The notes below the pieces were generated by a model. That model saw only the letters and a program-made list of their open reading frames with translations, was not told the DNA's origin and ran no database searches. From an uncultured Methylomirabilota bacterium (GTDB taxonomy: Bacteria > Methylomirabilota > Methylomirabilia > Methylomirabilales > 2-02-FULL-66-22), in contig CAWJSJ010000001.1 of assembly GCA_963845565.1 (NCBI GenBank), forward strand, positions 928,001 through 992,000: a DNA stretch of 64,000 bases, in the 5' to 3' direction. The position numbers and the translations under genes are program-made. Below, one piece after another: positions 41,823-51,987 of this stretch (positions are counted from its first letter, which is position 1; each line of letters opens with the position of its first letter).

Positions 41823-42454
41823 GTCTGCCGCTCCCACCACGTCCGGAGCGCGCCGATCTCGTCCAGCGCCGCACCGGGCAGCGTGCACCCGAGAATCCCG
41901 TCGGTCAGCGTCAGCCCGTCGTCGTAATACGGGATCGCCCAGACGACCGCCTGATCAATCGCGCAGCTCAGTTCCACCCCGGTGACGTCCACCCGCCGGT
42001 CCAGCAGGCTCAGGAGGTGCGGCTCGACGAAGACCTTCGCCTCTTCCAGACCACGCGTGCCGCCGAGGAGCGGGGCCGGATCCCCCGGTGACAGTTCCAC
42101 CCGCTTCTGCGTGAAGAGCAGACCGGGGTCGCCGAAGTAGAAGCCGTTCGACAGGAGGAAGGCGGTCACATAGACCCAGTCCGGCGCCGCCCATCCGGCG
42201 CCGCCCTGGCGCGCCGCCCCAGACCACTCCCAGGCCGCCCGAACGCGAAGCCCCCACACCGGCAGGTGGCAGAGCCGTCCGACACCCGGCCGGGCGGGTC
42301 TGGCGGTCTGCGCGGGGCGGGAGACGAGTCCGCCCGCCACCACCTCTCGGATGCCCCGGCAATCCTCGCACCAAAAGAGGACACTCTGCGGCGTGCCATG
42401 GAGCGCACCCCCGCATCCGGGGCATCGCAAGGGAAGGATCACCGGCGTCAGCAT
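41819..42454 (-). CDS. Zn-ribbon hypothetical protein
   Basis: CPGC...CEDC N-terminus; LPVW motif. Confidence 0.75.
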   Translation of the reverse strand: MLTPVILPLRCPGCGGALHGTPQSVLFWCEDCRGIREVVAGGLVSRPAQTARPARPGVGRLCHLPVWGLRVRAAWEWSGAARQGGAGWAAPDWVYVTAFLLSNGFYFGDPGLLFTQKRVELSPGDPAPLLGGTRGLEEAKVFVEPHLLSLLDRRVDVTGVELSCAIDQAVVWAIPYYDDGLTLTDGILGCTLPGAALDEIGALRTWWERQT

Positions 42455-42480
42455 ACTCTCTTCACCGGGTTAAGTTATAG

Positions 42481-42712
42481 CTGGCAGCTGGCATTGGGCA
42501 GCTGACAGCGGACGAAGTGCCAGGGCTGGCAGCGGGCAGTTAGCAGCTGGCAGCAAGAGCAGAATAGAGAAAACGCCTTTACCTCCAAAAGGGCCACGGC
42601 GGGTGAGCCCTTTCCGTGTTCCGGCTGCCAGCTGCTTGCTGCCTGCTGTGATGCTGTGTTCCTGAGGACCGGACTCAACAACTCAATAACTCAATAACTG
42701 TATCACTCTATC
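42481..42712. repeat. degenerate heptamer (CTGGCAG-like) and octamer (ACTCAATA-like) tandem repeats
   Basis: heptamers 42481-42553 with an inverse arm at 42624-42658; five octamers 42673-42712. Confidence 0.75.
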
Positions 42713-42720
42713 GCGGACTG

Positions 42721-43690
42721 TCACGGGGAGACCAGCTCGATCTCTCTCCCCGATGTGACCCAGCGCCGGGCGATCCAGAGCAACAACCCACCGGCGAGGG
42801 CGGCGAGCAGAAACGCCGGTCCGACGCCGCCGGCTCCCGCCATCCAGCGCAGCCAGCGGCCCAGGCCCAGCGTCCCCAGGCCCAGGCCCGCGGCGGCGAC
42901 CGCGGCGGCGGCCGCGACATTCCGGGGGGCAGTGCCGCGGAGCAGCCTCCCCTGCACGCCGTCCACCGCCAACTCGTACACTCGCCCCCGATGGCGGTAG
43001 CGCATCCGCCATACCGGGTAGTACAGTAGTTTGACGCGCGTGTCGACGTATCGCGTGTCGTCGTTGACGGAAGCCACTCGCCAGGTGGTCTCGGCCAGAA
43101 AGCGCTCGGCCGACGTCGTCGGCGCAAACACGACCGCCCGACTTTGCAGCGACACACCGTCGAAAGAGGAGCAGTGCCACGGGGGAGCCGGCGCGGCGGA
43201 GGTCCGCCAGCCGGATCTTGTCCACCCCCAGTTCCGGCAGCTCGCAGGCCGGGGCGATCCGGAGGACGTCCTGCTCGACCACCTTGGTGTCCTCACGCTC
43301 TTTCCCCGGATCCGCCAGCCATCGATCCAGCGCCTGCCCGCCCTGCTCGCCCTCGCCCAGCGGGGCGGGTGGCTTCACGCGCTCGCGTATGAAGACCGAC
43401 CCCAGACGGACGGCGGTGGCTTCGAAGAACGGGACGTAGCAGAGGCCGGCGGCCTCGACGCCGATCCGGCCACGCACCGTCGCGGGCACGTCCGGCCGCT
43501 GCAGACTCTGGAGCGCGATCCGGACCGCCGCCTCCCGGTCGACGGGCCCTTCGACCGTGTAACGCGGCACGGCATCCGGGGCCAGGACCAGGCAGCGGCC
43601 GCCACAGTAGCGACAGGCGGTGATCCGCTCTCCTTCCGCCAGACAGAGGGCGCCCCCGCAGGCCGGGCAGCCGAGATGCAGAAGCGCCAT
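42721..43690 (-). CDS. Zn-ribbon protein with C-terminal TM helices, frameshift near 43165
   Basis: CPAC...CRYC, YVPF; continues in another frame as YYPVW..RY...VDG plus 2 TM. Confidence 0.75.
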
Positions 43691-43691
43691 C

Positions 43692-44429
43692 TCAGACGCC
43701 TCCGCCGCGACCGGCGCCGCGGAGCCCCAGATATACCATCACACTCAGCATGGCGACGGCGACCAGCGCGATCCCGAGCGGGGCGATGGCAACGGCGGCC
43801 ACAAGCATCGCCGATCCGCCTCCGATGATCCAGGCGGTGCTCCCGCCGGCCGCCGCATCCGCGGGCGTTGGCAGCGCGTCCTCCGGTGCGAGGACCGATC
43901 CGGAGCAGGCCTCGACCCGCAGCGACACCGGCGTTCCGGCCAAGCGGACCGTGGCCTCGTACACCGGCAGGTGCACCAGGTCGCCCGGCTCCGTGGCCCC
44001 CTCACCCAGCGCGCGCGCGCGGGCCGCCGCCTCGGGGACGGTCGGATCGATCACCGCGCCGCCCTCGGCCTGCGCGGCATCGAAGAAGATCTGCTCGGCG
44101 TCGGGCGGCCGGAGCCGGTCCCACACAGGATCCGGCGTCGACCAGGCGGGGACGAACCGTCGCGGCCCGTCCTTGGCGTATCGCCAGAAGGGGTAGTACA
44201 CGAGGCGCGGGTTCGCGGGACCGGCGGGCGCCCCCACCCGCTGTCGGTCGGCCCAGCGGCGAAGCAGCGGCAGGATCTGATCCGGCGCGATCCGCGGCCG
44301 GTACAGGAAATGGGTCCGGACGCCGGCGAGGTCCAGCACCAGGCCCGCGCCGCAGAACGGACAGGCGGGGAATCCTCCCGCCTCGCGGAGGAGCACCTCG
44401 CCGCCGCACTGCGGGCAGGGAATCTTCAC
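43692..44429 (-). CDS. Zn-ribbon protein with C-terminal TM helices
   Basis: CPQC...CPFC, YYPFW, HLPVY; GTG start overlaps the SPFH stop. Confidence 0.78.
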   Translation of the reverse strand: MKIPCPQCGGEVLLREAGGFPACPFCGAGLVLDLAGVRTHFLYRPRIAPDQILPLLRRWADRQRVGAPAGPANPRLVYYPFWRYAKDGPRRFVPAWSTPDPVWDRLRPPDAEQIFFDAAQAEGGAVIDPTVPEAAARARALGEGATEPGDLVHLPVYEATVRLAGTPVSLRVEACSGSVLAPEDALPTPADAAAGGSTAWIIGGGSAMLVAAVAIAPLGIALVAVAMLSVMVYLGLRGAGRGGGV

Positions 44430-45574
44430 GACGTCGGGGGCGTCACCGCCTCGCCACAGCCCGTACAGAACTTGGTGCGCGGCGGCAAGACGGTCTGACA
44501 GTGGGTGCAGGTCAGCCTGGCCTGCACCTCCGCTCCACAGGCCGGGCAGAACTTGGCCTGCGCGGTCACGTTCTTCCCGCACCGGGGGCATTTGTTCGCG
44601 ACCACCATCTGGTTGCCGCACGACGGGCAAAAGCGTGCCGTGATCGGCACGTCGCCGTGGCAGTCCGGACAGTGCACCGTTCCACGCACGCGAATCCGCT
44701 CGGGGTCCGCGTCCTCCGGCTGAAGGTTCCGATAGATCATGCCGGGCAGCATGAACCCCAGGCCGGCCCCCATTCCCATGCCCAGCCCGGCGCCGGCCGG
44801 CCCCCCGCCGGCGCCGACCCCGGCGGCGGCGTCGCCCAGCGCCTTGGCCGCCTTGAACTTCATGAAGTCGTCCAGGTTCCCCACGGCGCCCATCCCGGAC
44901 CGCTCGTCGATCATCTTCTGGACGTCCGGGGGCGGCGTGATGGCGTTGACGAAGAAATCGATCAGCTCGAGGCCGTAGCGCCGGAAATCGTCCCGCAGGC
45001 GCGTCTTGACCGCCACGCCGATTTCGTCGTACTGCCGCGGCAGTTGGTAGACCGTCTCCAGGTGCTCTCCCAGGAAGTCGTTCAACCGGGACACGATGAC
45101 CTCGCGGAGGTACGCCTCCACCTGGTCGGACCCGTAGGCGCCCTGGGTCCCCACCAGCGTGTTCACGAACAAGAGCGGCTGCGTGACGCGCGCGCTGAAG
45201 ATGCCGAAGGCGCGCAGCCGGACCACGCCGAGTTCCTTGTCCTTGAAGGCCACCGGCTCCTTGGTCCCCCATTTGAGATCGGGGAACACCTTGGCGTTGA
45301 CGAACACCACCTCGGCCCGGAACGGGCTGGTGAACCCCCACGGCAGGCTGAGCAGCTTGGTCAGGATCGGGAGGTTGAGCGTCGAGAGCGTGTGCCGGCC
45401 CGGCCCGAAGACGTCCAGCCCCTTCCCGTCCCGGAAGAAGACCGCCGCCTGGCTTTCCCGGACGATGAGCTGCGCCCCCAACTTGATATCCGCGGAGCCG
45501 CCTTCGGGGATCCGGTGCACGACCTCGCGGCCGTCCGGGTCGAACCACTCGAGGACTTCCAACGCGATGCCCAT
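44426..45574 (-). CDS. SPFH/Band7 domain protein with C-terminal zinc ribbons (YdjI-like)
   Basis: [28 protein letters not shown]; six CxxC pairs. Confidence 0.9.
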   Translation of the reverse strand: MGIALEVLEWFDPDGREVVHRIPEGGSADIKLGAQLIVRESQAAVFFRDGKGLDVFGPGRHTLSTLNLPILTKLLSLPWGFTSPFRAEVVFVNAKVFPDLKWGTKEPVAFKDKELGVVRLRAFGIFSARVTQPLLFVNTLVGTQGAYGSDQVEAYLREVIVSRLNDFLGEHLETVYQLPRQYDEIGVAVKTRLRDDFRRYGLELIDFFVNAITPPPDVQKMIDERSGMGAVGNLDDFMKFKAAKALGDAAAGVGAGGGPAGAGLGMGMGAGLGFMLPGMIYRNLQPEDADPERIRVRGTVHCPDCHGDVPITARFCPSCGNQMVVANKCPRCGKNVTAQAKFCPACGAEVQARLTCTHCQTVLPPRTKFCTGCGEAVTPPTS

Positions 45575-45586
45575 GTCGCCTCCTGG

Positions 45587-45643
45587 TTAGGAGCCGTTAC
45601 GAAATAACCTGTACATCTCTTTCTATTTCGTTACGGCTCCTAA
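45587..45643. repeat. mini inverted-repeat element family A, copy 1
   Basis: TTAGGAGCCGTTACGAAATA...TATTTCGTTACGGCTCCTAA, 20-bp arms with one mismatch. Confidence 0.8.
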
Positions 45644-45654
45644 GTTCGCCTCGG

Positions 45655-45750
45655 ACCGGCACCCATCCTCCGGATGGGTACCCGGCGCGCCGCCTTGTAT
45701 CTGGGCCTCTTTGAGCAGCCTGGGGAAAAACGTCTTTCAGACCCTGTTAG
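45655..45750 (+). repeat. MITE-like intergenic repeat family B, copy 2
   Basis: similar to the reverse complement of 36861-36945; ends TTTCAGACCCTGTTAG. Confidence 0.65.
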
Positions 45751-46268
45751 AGCCCGCGCGCCAGCCGATCGCGCTCGTCCACCGTCCGCTCGAACTCCCG
45801 CACCGCCGCCTCGGTGGCCTGCAGGGCCTCGGAGAATCCCTGGTCCTCGCCGGCCGTGTCCGCCAGCACCCGAACCTGCGACTGGAGGCGGGGGATCTCT
45901 TCGAGCAGCCGCAGGTCGAAGTCGTGCAGCCCGGCCAGCTCCCGTTCCCGGATGGTGTGCGCTGCGAACACACCCGCGAAACCGTAGTTCGCAAACCGGA
46001 TCCGGTCGGCCAGGGTGGCCACCTGTCGTCCGATGCGGTCCAAGGACGGCAGCCGGTCGAGCCGACCGGCCTCCGCGAGCAGCCGTTGCGCCGGCTCGAT
46101 CTCGCGCCCGAGGCCGGCGAGCAGCTCCGCCAGATACGCCCGGACCAGCTTGTCGGCATCCCGCAAGCCCTCGCGGTCCTGGTACCGTCCGAGGCCGGGG
46201 ATGCGGCGGACCAGTCGGTCCATCCGCTCGGCCCAGCCCGACCCGTCGTCCCGTGTCGGTGCCACCAT
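45747..46268 (-). CDS. helical hypothetical protein upstream of the SPFH gene
   Basis: IPG..GY...E..RDADK..R and YGFAG.F motifs; amphipathic helices. Confidence 0.78.
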   Translation of the reverse strand: MVAPTRDDGSGWAERMDRLVRRIPGLGRYQDREGLRDADKLVRAYLAELLAGLGREIEPAQRLLAEAGRLDRLPSLDRIGRQVATLADRIRFANYGFAGVFAAHTIRERELAGLHDFDLRLLEEIPRLQSQVRVLADTAGEDQGFSEALQATEAAVREFERTVDERDRLARGL

Positions 46269-46295
46269 CGGTAAGCCCTCTCTCTCGTCTTTGCG

Positions 46296-47054
46296 CTACT
46301 TGAGCCCCTGCAAACGGCGGCGCGCCTCGGCCGCCTCGGGGCCGGCCGGATTCAGATCCACCGCCCGCTGGAGATGCTCTCGCGCCGTCGTCGTCTCACC
46401 CAGCTGTGCCAGCACCGTGCCCATCTCCAGGTGGAAGACGGCCACGGTGCCGTCAATCTTGATGGCCTTCGCGAATTGCTCCTTGGCCTCGGTCGCGTTC
46501 CCTTGCGCCAGGAGCGCCCGCCCGAGCAGAAAATAGCCGTCGGGGGACTGCGGCATTACGTCGGCGACGCGGCGGAACTCCTCCGCCGCCATCTGATACC
46601 GGCCCTGCGACATGTACGCATTGCCAAGGTTCATGTACGCCCGCTCCGGATTCATATACCGGGGGTTCGCCAGCGCCTTGCGGAAGGCGTCGATCGCCAG
46701 ATCCCACTGCTGGCGGCTCAGGTAGGCCGCCCCGAGGTCGTTATAGGCATCCGAGAAGCGCGGGTCCAGTTCCACCGCCTGCCGAAAGGCGACGATCGCC
46801 TTCTCCGCATCCGGCACACGCAGATACGCATTCCCCAGTGCATGATGATACCGGGCGTTCAGTGGCTCCTTCTCCACCGCCTTCTGCATTTCGCTGATCG
46901 CCTTGGCCATTTTCCCCTCGGCGAGTGCGCCCAGCCCGATGTCGTACGAGGCCTGCGCCGCCTCCTGCTTCTCCACCTCGGCTTCGGGGCCGGCACATGC
47001 CGTGGCGAGCGCGAGGGCCAGCGCAAGGATCAAGATACCCGACTGTCGTGTCAT
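46296..47054 (-). CDS. TPR lipoprotein (PilF/PilW-like)
   Basis: lipobox ATAC; several TPRs; ALANPRY...AYMNLG. Confidence 0.85.
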   Translation of the reverse strand: MTRQSGILILALALALATACAGPEAEVEKQEAAQASYDIGLGALAEGKMAKAISEMQKAVEKEPLNARYHHALGNAYLRVPDAEKAIVAFRQAVELDPRFSDAYNDLGAAYLSRQQWDLAIDAFRKALANPRYMNPERAYMNLGNAYMSQGRYQMAAEEFRRVADVMPQSPDGYFLLGRALLAQGNATEAKEQFAKAIKIDGTVAVFHLEMGTVLAQLGETTTAREHLQRAVDLNPAGPEAAEARRRLQGLK

Positions 47055-47070
47055 TCCGCCCTCCGGTTTG

Positions 47071-47123
47071 CTAGGAGCCGTTACGAAAAAACTTCATTCC
47101 CTGTGATTTCGTTACGGCTCCTT
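47071..47123. repeat. mini inverted-repeat element family A, copy 2
   Basis: AGGAGCCGTTACGAAA...TTTCGTTACGGCTCCT; arms identical to copy 1. Confidence 0.8.
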
Positions 47124-47169
47124 GTGCCGTTCCCGAGATTTCTCCGGTCAAGTTATCCGTGACAACGGC

Positions 47170-48270
47170 TTAGGACTCTTCCACCTGCCCCGTCCGATCG
47201 ACGGCGGCCCCGTCCGGCACCGCCAGGGATGGCGAGTCCTTGGTCGGCTGCACGCGGCCCCCGCCCTGATACACGCGCACGGCTTGTTGATGTTGTTCGA
47301 GGGTGCGTGAAAAGAAGTGCGAGCCGTCGTTCTTGGCGACGAAGTACAGATAATTTACAGGCGCCGGGTTGAGCGCCGCCTGCAGCGACGCGAGGCCCGG
47401 GTTGGCGATGGGACCCGGCGGAAGGCCCTGCACCAGGTAGGTGTTGTACGGGCTCCTGCGCTGCAGGTCGCTGGCGGTGATCCGCCCTGGGCCGCGGGGC
47501 ACCATGTACACCGCCGTGGGATCGGATTGCAGCGGCATTCGCTGACGGAGCCGATTATGAAAGACCGCCGAGATCACGGGTCGCTCGGCGTTCAGTCTCG
47601 CCTCTTTCTCGATCAGCGAGGCCAACGTGATGATCTCGTGCGGGTCCATCCCCAGCCGCGCGGCGCGCTCCCGGAAGTCCGGCGGAACCGACTGGCGAAA
47701 CCGCCCGACCATGACGCGGATGATCTCTTCCTCGCCCATGCCGCGGGTGAGGCGATAGGTGTCGGGGAACAGATAGCCTTCCAGCCGCGCCGCCGCCACC
47801 TCGAGACGAGCGGCCACCATCGGGTCCTGCACCAGCGCCAGGAAGCGATCCCGATCGGCCAGGCGCTCCCCGGCCAGCAGCTTGGCGATGTCCTCCGCCG
47901 TGAACCCCTCGGGGATCGTCACCTGGTGCGTGACGACGCGCCCGGATTCCAGTTTCTGGAGGATCTCGAAAAGGCTCATGCCCGAGGTGAATTCGTACTC
48001 GCCGGATTGCAGCCGCTTGAGAGACCCCTGGAGATAGGCCAGCGCGAGGAAGGTCCAGGTGCTGCGGATGACCCCGGCGTCCTGGAGAAGCAGCGCGATG
48101 TCCTGGACACCGGTCTTGGGCTTGATATACACCACGGTGGGCGCCGCGGGCGCCAGACCGGAGGTGGGCGGCGTCGACTGGAGATACGTGCGGATCCCCA
48201 CCGCCGTCAAGACGAAGGCGAGCAGAAACGGAACGATCCCTCGGAGACGTCGTGCCAGGGCCATCGTCAC
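47170..48270 (-). CDS. mltG: endolytic transglycosylase
   Basis: TIPEG, LEGYLFPDTY, ASLIEKE, LQSDPT, SPYNTY, GLPPGPI. Confidence 0.95.
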   Translation of the reverse strand: MTMALARRLRGIVPFLLAFVLTAVGIRTYLQSTPPTSGLAPAAPTVVYIKPKTGVQDIALLLQDAGVIRSTWTFLALAYLQGSLKRLQSGEYEFTSGMSLFEILQKLESGRVVTHQVTIPEGFTAEDIAKLLAGERLADRDRFLALVQDPMVAARLEVAAARLEGYLFPDTYRLTRGMGEEEIIRVMVGRFRQSVPPDFRERAARLGMDPHEIITLASLIEKEARLNAERPVISAVFHNRLRQRMPLQSDPTAVYMVPRGPGRITASDLQRRSPYNTYLVQGLPPGPIANPGLASLQAALNPAPVNYLYFVAKNDGSHFFSRTLEQHQQAVRVYQGGGRVQPTKDSPSLAVPDGAAVDRTGQVEES

Positions 48271-48273
48271 CCG

Positions 48274-48711
48274 TCAGGGGATTTCTCGACGCGACGCCGC
48301 CTGCCGTCGGTCGAGAAAGCCCTGCAAGATCAGCGTCGCCGCCACCTGGTCCACCAACCCCCGGCGAGCGCGACGACGCACGCCCGCCGCGACCAGCGCG
48401 CGATCCGCCGCCAACGTGGTCAGTCGTTCGTCCCAGAGATGAACGGGCACCTGGAAGCGCTCTGCCACCGCGCGGGCAAACGCGCGCGCCGCGTCCGCGG
48501 AGGGACCCTCGCTCCCATCCATGTTCCTGGGGAGCCCCACCACGATCTCGTCGGCGTGCAGCAGGGAGACGTGGCCAGCGATCTCGTCCAGCGCCTGCGC
48601 ATCACTTCGCCGTGTGACCGTGCTCAGGCCGTGGGCGGTCAGACCCAGGTCATCGCTCACGGCCACCCCAAGCCTCGCCCACCCCCAATCCACCGCCAGG
48701 ATCTTCGTCAT
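48274..48711 (-). CDS. ruvX: YqgF/RuvX family RNase H-like nuclease
   Basis: ILAVDWG, GVAVSD, VVGLP, DERLTT, VDQVAA. Confidence 0.93.
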   Translation of the reverse strand: MTKILAVDWGWARLGVAVSDDLGLTAHGLSTVTRRSDAQALDEIAGHVSLLHADEIVVGLPRNMDGSEGPSADAARAFARAVAERFQVPVHLWDERLTTLAADRALVAAGVRRRARRGLVDQVAATLILQGFLDRRQAASRREIP

Positions 48712-49033
48712 CAGCCCAGTCGCTCCGTCGCCTGAGGACCGGCGTGGCGGTCCGGGTCCGGACGCGTTCCCGGCCGGCCCTCTCTGCGCGCCCGCCATCC
48801 TCGCATTCACGGTGCCCGACGCGTTCAGGATGTCAAGGGCTTTGCGTCGGCGACGTCAAACGCCGGGTTGCAGTATATCATAAAGGAACCGGGTCTTCGA
48901 CGCTTCCTTGGCGCCCCGGCGGCCCGTCCCGGCACCGCGCCGCCCCAAACACCGCGGCCGGAACCCGATCGGCCCCGGCCGCGTCACCACGCACGCCTCG
49001 GGACGGGACCAGGCCCCGCCAGAGACCGCCCCG

Positions 49034-50890
49034 TCACGGCTTCTGGCGTGACCACAGCATGTTGTACCCCTCCACGAAGGCGTTTACCGAGGCCACGATC
49101 ACGTCCGGCGAGGTCCCGCTGGCCACCACCCGGTTGTTCTTCGTATCCTTCATGGTGATGGTAGTCTCAACCGAGGCGTCCGTCCCGGGTGAGTTGATCT
49201 CGACCTGAAAGTCCACCAGGTCGAAAAAGAGCTTTCCCCGGCTCTCGGCGGCGCTCTTCAGGGCGTTCACCACGGCATCCACCGGACCGACACCGGTCGC
49301 GTCGGACTGCACGCGCTCGCCGTCGAAGGTGATCCAGACCTTGGCGGACGCCTTGCGCTTGAGCGAGGTGGTGATCTGGAAGTCCTCCACCTCGAGGATG
49401 GGCGCCGGCTCGGACAATGCCTTCAGCACATTCTCCACGATATACTGGAGATCCGCCTTGGTGATCTGTTTCCCCTTCTCGACGAAATCGGTCACCAGGG
49501 CGGTCACACGCTTGGCGTACGCCGCCGTGAGCTTCACCCCCAGCTCCGTCCGCACGGTCGCCACCACCTGCGACTGCGATGGCGGACGCGGAAACATCCC
49601 GCGATCCCCTTCCCGGGCCCCGGCCGCGCGGATCTCGTAGAGCCGCAAGCGCAAGAACTTGTCCACCTCGGCCATGGTCGGCTCGATGGTGGCCGGCGAC
49701 GGCAGCACCTTGAGAGCCGCCCTGGGGTCCTTCAGGCCGTTCCCGGTGGCAAGGCACACCACGACCTCGTCCGGCCTGATCCGCCCCGTGGTCAGCAAGG
49801 ACGACAGGGCGGCGACGGGAATGGCGCCCGACGGCTCGACAAAGATGCTTTCCTGGTGCGCGAGCTGCTGCTGCGCGTCCAGGATCTCCGCGTCGCTCAG
49901 AATGACGCCGCAGCCCCCGGATTCCCGCATGGCCGCCAGCGCTTTGAGGCCATCCAGCGGATCCCCCGCCGCCACCGCCGTGCAGACCGTGAACGGCTTC
50001 TCGACCGGCGTGGGGGCATCCAGCCCTTGCTGGAATGCCGTCAAGATGGGCGCACAGCCCTCGGCCTGAACCCCGATCATCCGCGGCAGTCGGTCCACCA
50101 GACCGAGCTCGTAAAATTCCTTGAAGCCTTTCCAGACCGCCGCCATGTTCGTCCCGCAGCCCATGGGCACCAGGACGGCGGCCGGCGGCCGCCAGTCGAG
50201 TTGCTCGATGATCTCGAACGCCTGAGATTTCTGCCCCTCCACCCGGAAGGCGTAGTCGCCGGCCAGGTAGAAGCCGTGGCGTTCGCTCATCTCCTCGGTC
50301 AGCCGCGCGGCGTCGCTGTAGGTGCCACGCACCTGCATCAGGCGCGCCCCGTACGAGAGCGCCTGCGCCAGCTTGCCGATGGCGGTTCCTTCCGGCACCA
50401 GCACGTAGCACGTGAGCCCAGCAACCGAGGCGTAGGCCGCCACCGAGGCCGCCATGTTCCCGGTGGAGGCGACGCAGACCGCCTTGGCCCCAAGTTCCTT
50501 TGCCTTCGTCAACTCGACCAGGCTGCCGCGGTCCTTGAACACGCCGGTCGGGTTCGCGCCTTCGTTCTTGATGTACAGGTCGCGGATACCGGTGCGTTCG
50601 GCCAGGCGGGTGCACCGATACAAGGGGGTGCCCCCCTCGTTCATCGAGACCACCAGATCGAGATCGAGCAGCGGGTAGAAATCGAGGTACTTGAGGGCCT
50701 TGACCGGTGAGGTGCGCAGGGAGTAGCGGTTCAATCTGGATCGGATGTAGGCGTAATCGTATCGGACATCCAGGGGATGCCGGCAGTCGGGACAGCGAGT
50801 GCTCGATTCCTTTTCCCGAACCAGTCGGCCGCAGGAGATACAGCGCAGCTCGTAGAAGCTGGTCCCGTTCTTTCGGCTCTTCGGCCCCAT
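49034..50890 (-). CDS. thrC: threonine synthase fused to a C-terminal LeuA/CimA-type regulatory domain
   Basis: EGGTPL, NPTGVFKDRG, ASTGN, EGQKS, TGNGLKD; tail has GVGPVDA and ASGTSPDVIVAS. Confidence 0.9.
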   Translation of the reverse strand: MGPKSRKNGTSFYELRCISCGRLVREKESSTRCPDCRHPLDVRYDYAYIRSRLNRYSLRTSPVKALKYLDFYPLLDLDLVVSMNEGGTPLYRCTRLAERTGIRDLYIKNEGANPTGVFKDRGSLVELTKAKELGAKAVCVASTGNMAASVAAYASVAGLTCYVLVPEGTAIGKLAQALSYGARLMQVRGTYSDAARLTEEMSERHGFYLAGDYAFRVEGQKSQAFEIIEQLDWRPPAAVLVPMGCGTNMAAVWKGFKEFYELGLVDRLPRMIGVQAEGCAPILTAFQQGLDAPTPVEKPFTVCTAVAAGDPLDGLKALAAMRESGGCGVILSDAEILDAQQQLAHQESIFVEPSGAIPVAALSSLLTTGRIRPDEVVVCLATGNGLKDPRAALKVLPSPATIEPTMAEVDKFLRLRLYEIRAAGAREGDRGMFPRPPSQSQVVATVRTELGVKLTAAYAKRVTALVTDFVEKGKQITKADLQYIVENVLKALSEPAPILEVEDFQITTSLKRKASAKVWITFDGERVQSDATGVGPVDAVVNALKSAAESRGKLFFDLVDFQVEINSPGTDASVETTITMKDTKNNRVVASGTSPDVIVASVNAFVEGYNMLWSRQKP

Positions 50891-50920
50891 CGGTCCCCCT
50901 ACCCGTTGAGAATTCGTGGG

Positions 50921-50949
50921 AGTGTATAGACACTGCACGACAGTGTCAA
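50921..50949 (-). promoter_or_regulatory. sigma70 promoter of thrC with overlapping palindrome
   Basis: TTGACA-17nt-TACACT; GACACTG-N5-CAGTGTC at 50929-50947. Confidence 0.75.
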
Positions 50950-51287
50950 GGAATTCACCCGAGAACGCGGCGCTCGCACTCCGATGGCGGAGACACGCCG
51001 GCGTTTTGAACGGAGCACTGCTCGTGTTTTCCGTTTCGGCAGAGAGTTATGGCGAAGAGTGAAAGTGGGAGATGAAGCCCGTTTACCCGTTTCAAGCGAC
51101 GCACAGGCGGCTTTCTCCGGGGAATAATAAATGGAGGGGAATCTGGGGTAGTATGTGCGCAGACTAATCACTCAGCATATAATTATATCAATGTGTTAGA
51201 GAATGTTACTGATGTGATTCTTAAGAATATCCAAATCGAGAATCCTGCCGAAAACCTACCGTGAGATACCCGGAAAAGCTCCACCGG

Positions 51288-51987
51288 TCATACGCGCCCA
51301 TATCGCCGCCATCCCCACGGAACGGACCGCCGCTTGAAGAGCCCGACCAGAAGCACGCCGGCCGCAAAGCCTCCGATGTGCGCGAACCAGGCGACCCCTC
51401 CCCCCTCGTGGTCGAAGGTCAGGAGTCCATTCAGGACTTGGACCACGATCCAGAATCCCAAGACGAACACGGCCCGAATCTCGACCAGGGGGAACAGGAG
51501 CCCCAGCGGAATCAGGGTCAGGACCCGCGCATGCGGAAACAGCAACAGGTAGGCCCCGAGCACACCGGAGATCGCCCCACTGGCCCCGACCATCGGGATC
51601 CGCGACGTCGGGTTGAGGAGGATCTGCCCAAACGCCGCAGCCAGCCCGCACGCCAGATAGAAAATGGGGAACCGCACCTTGCCCATGGCGTCTTCGACGT
51701 TATTGCCGAAGATCCACAGGTACAGCATGTTCCCGGCGAAATGGAAGAACCCGGCATGGACGAACATCGAACTGACCAGCGTCGCTTCCGGGGAAAACGC
51801 CCGGCCGAGGACTTGGCAGGTTCTCGGTGAGGCTACACGGAATGAGGCCGTAATAGAGCAGGTAGCGCTGACCGGTGTACGCGCCCAGCAGGAACAGCTT
51901 CAGGAACGCGTACGTATTCAGGCCGATGAGGAGCAGCGTCACCACCGGCGGGTACCGAGTCGGGAGATTGTCCCTGAGTGGGATCAT
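51288..51987 (-). CDS. rhomboid family intramembrane serine protease, frameshift near 51820
   Basis: MIPLRD start; H..GNM, GASG, AHIGG; one extra base joins the two frames. Confidence 0.9.

Noticed and set aside
42481..42712. Possible CRISPR array
   Set aside because: Units are 7-8 nt with no spacers and no cas genes; no CRISPR-like array seen anywhere in the window.
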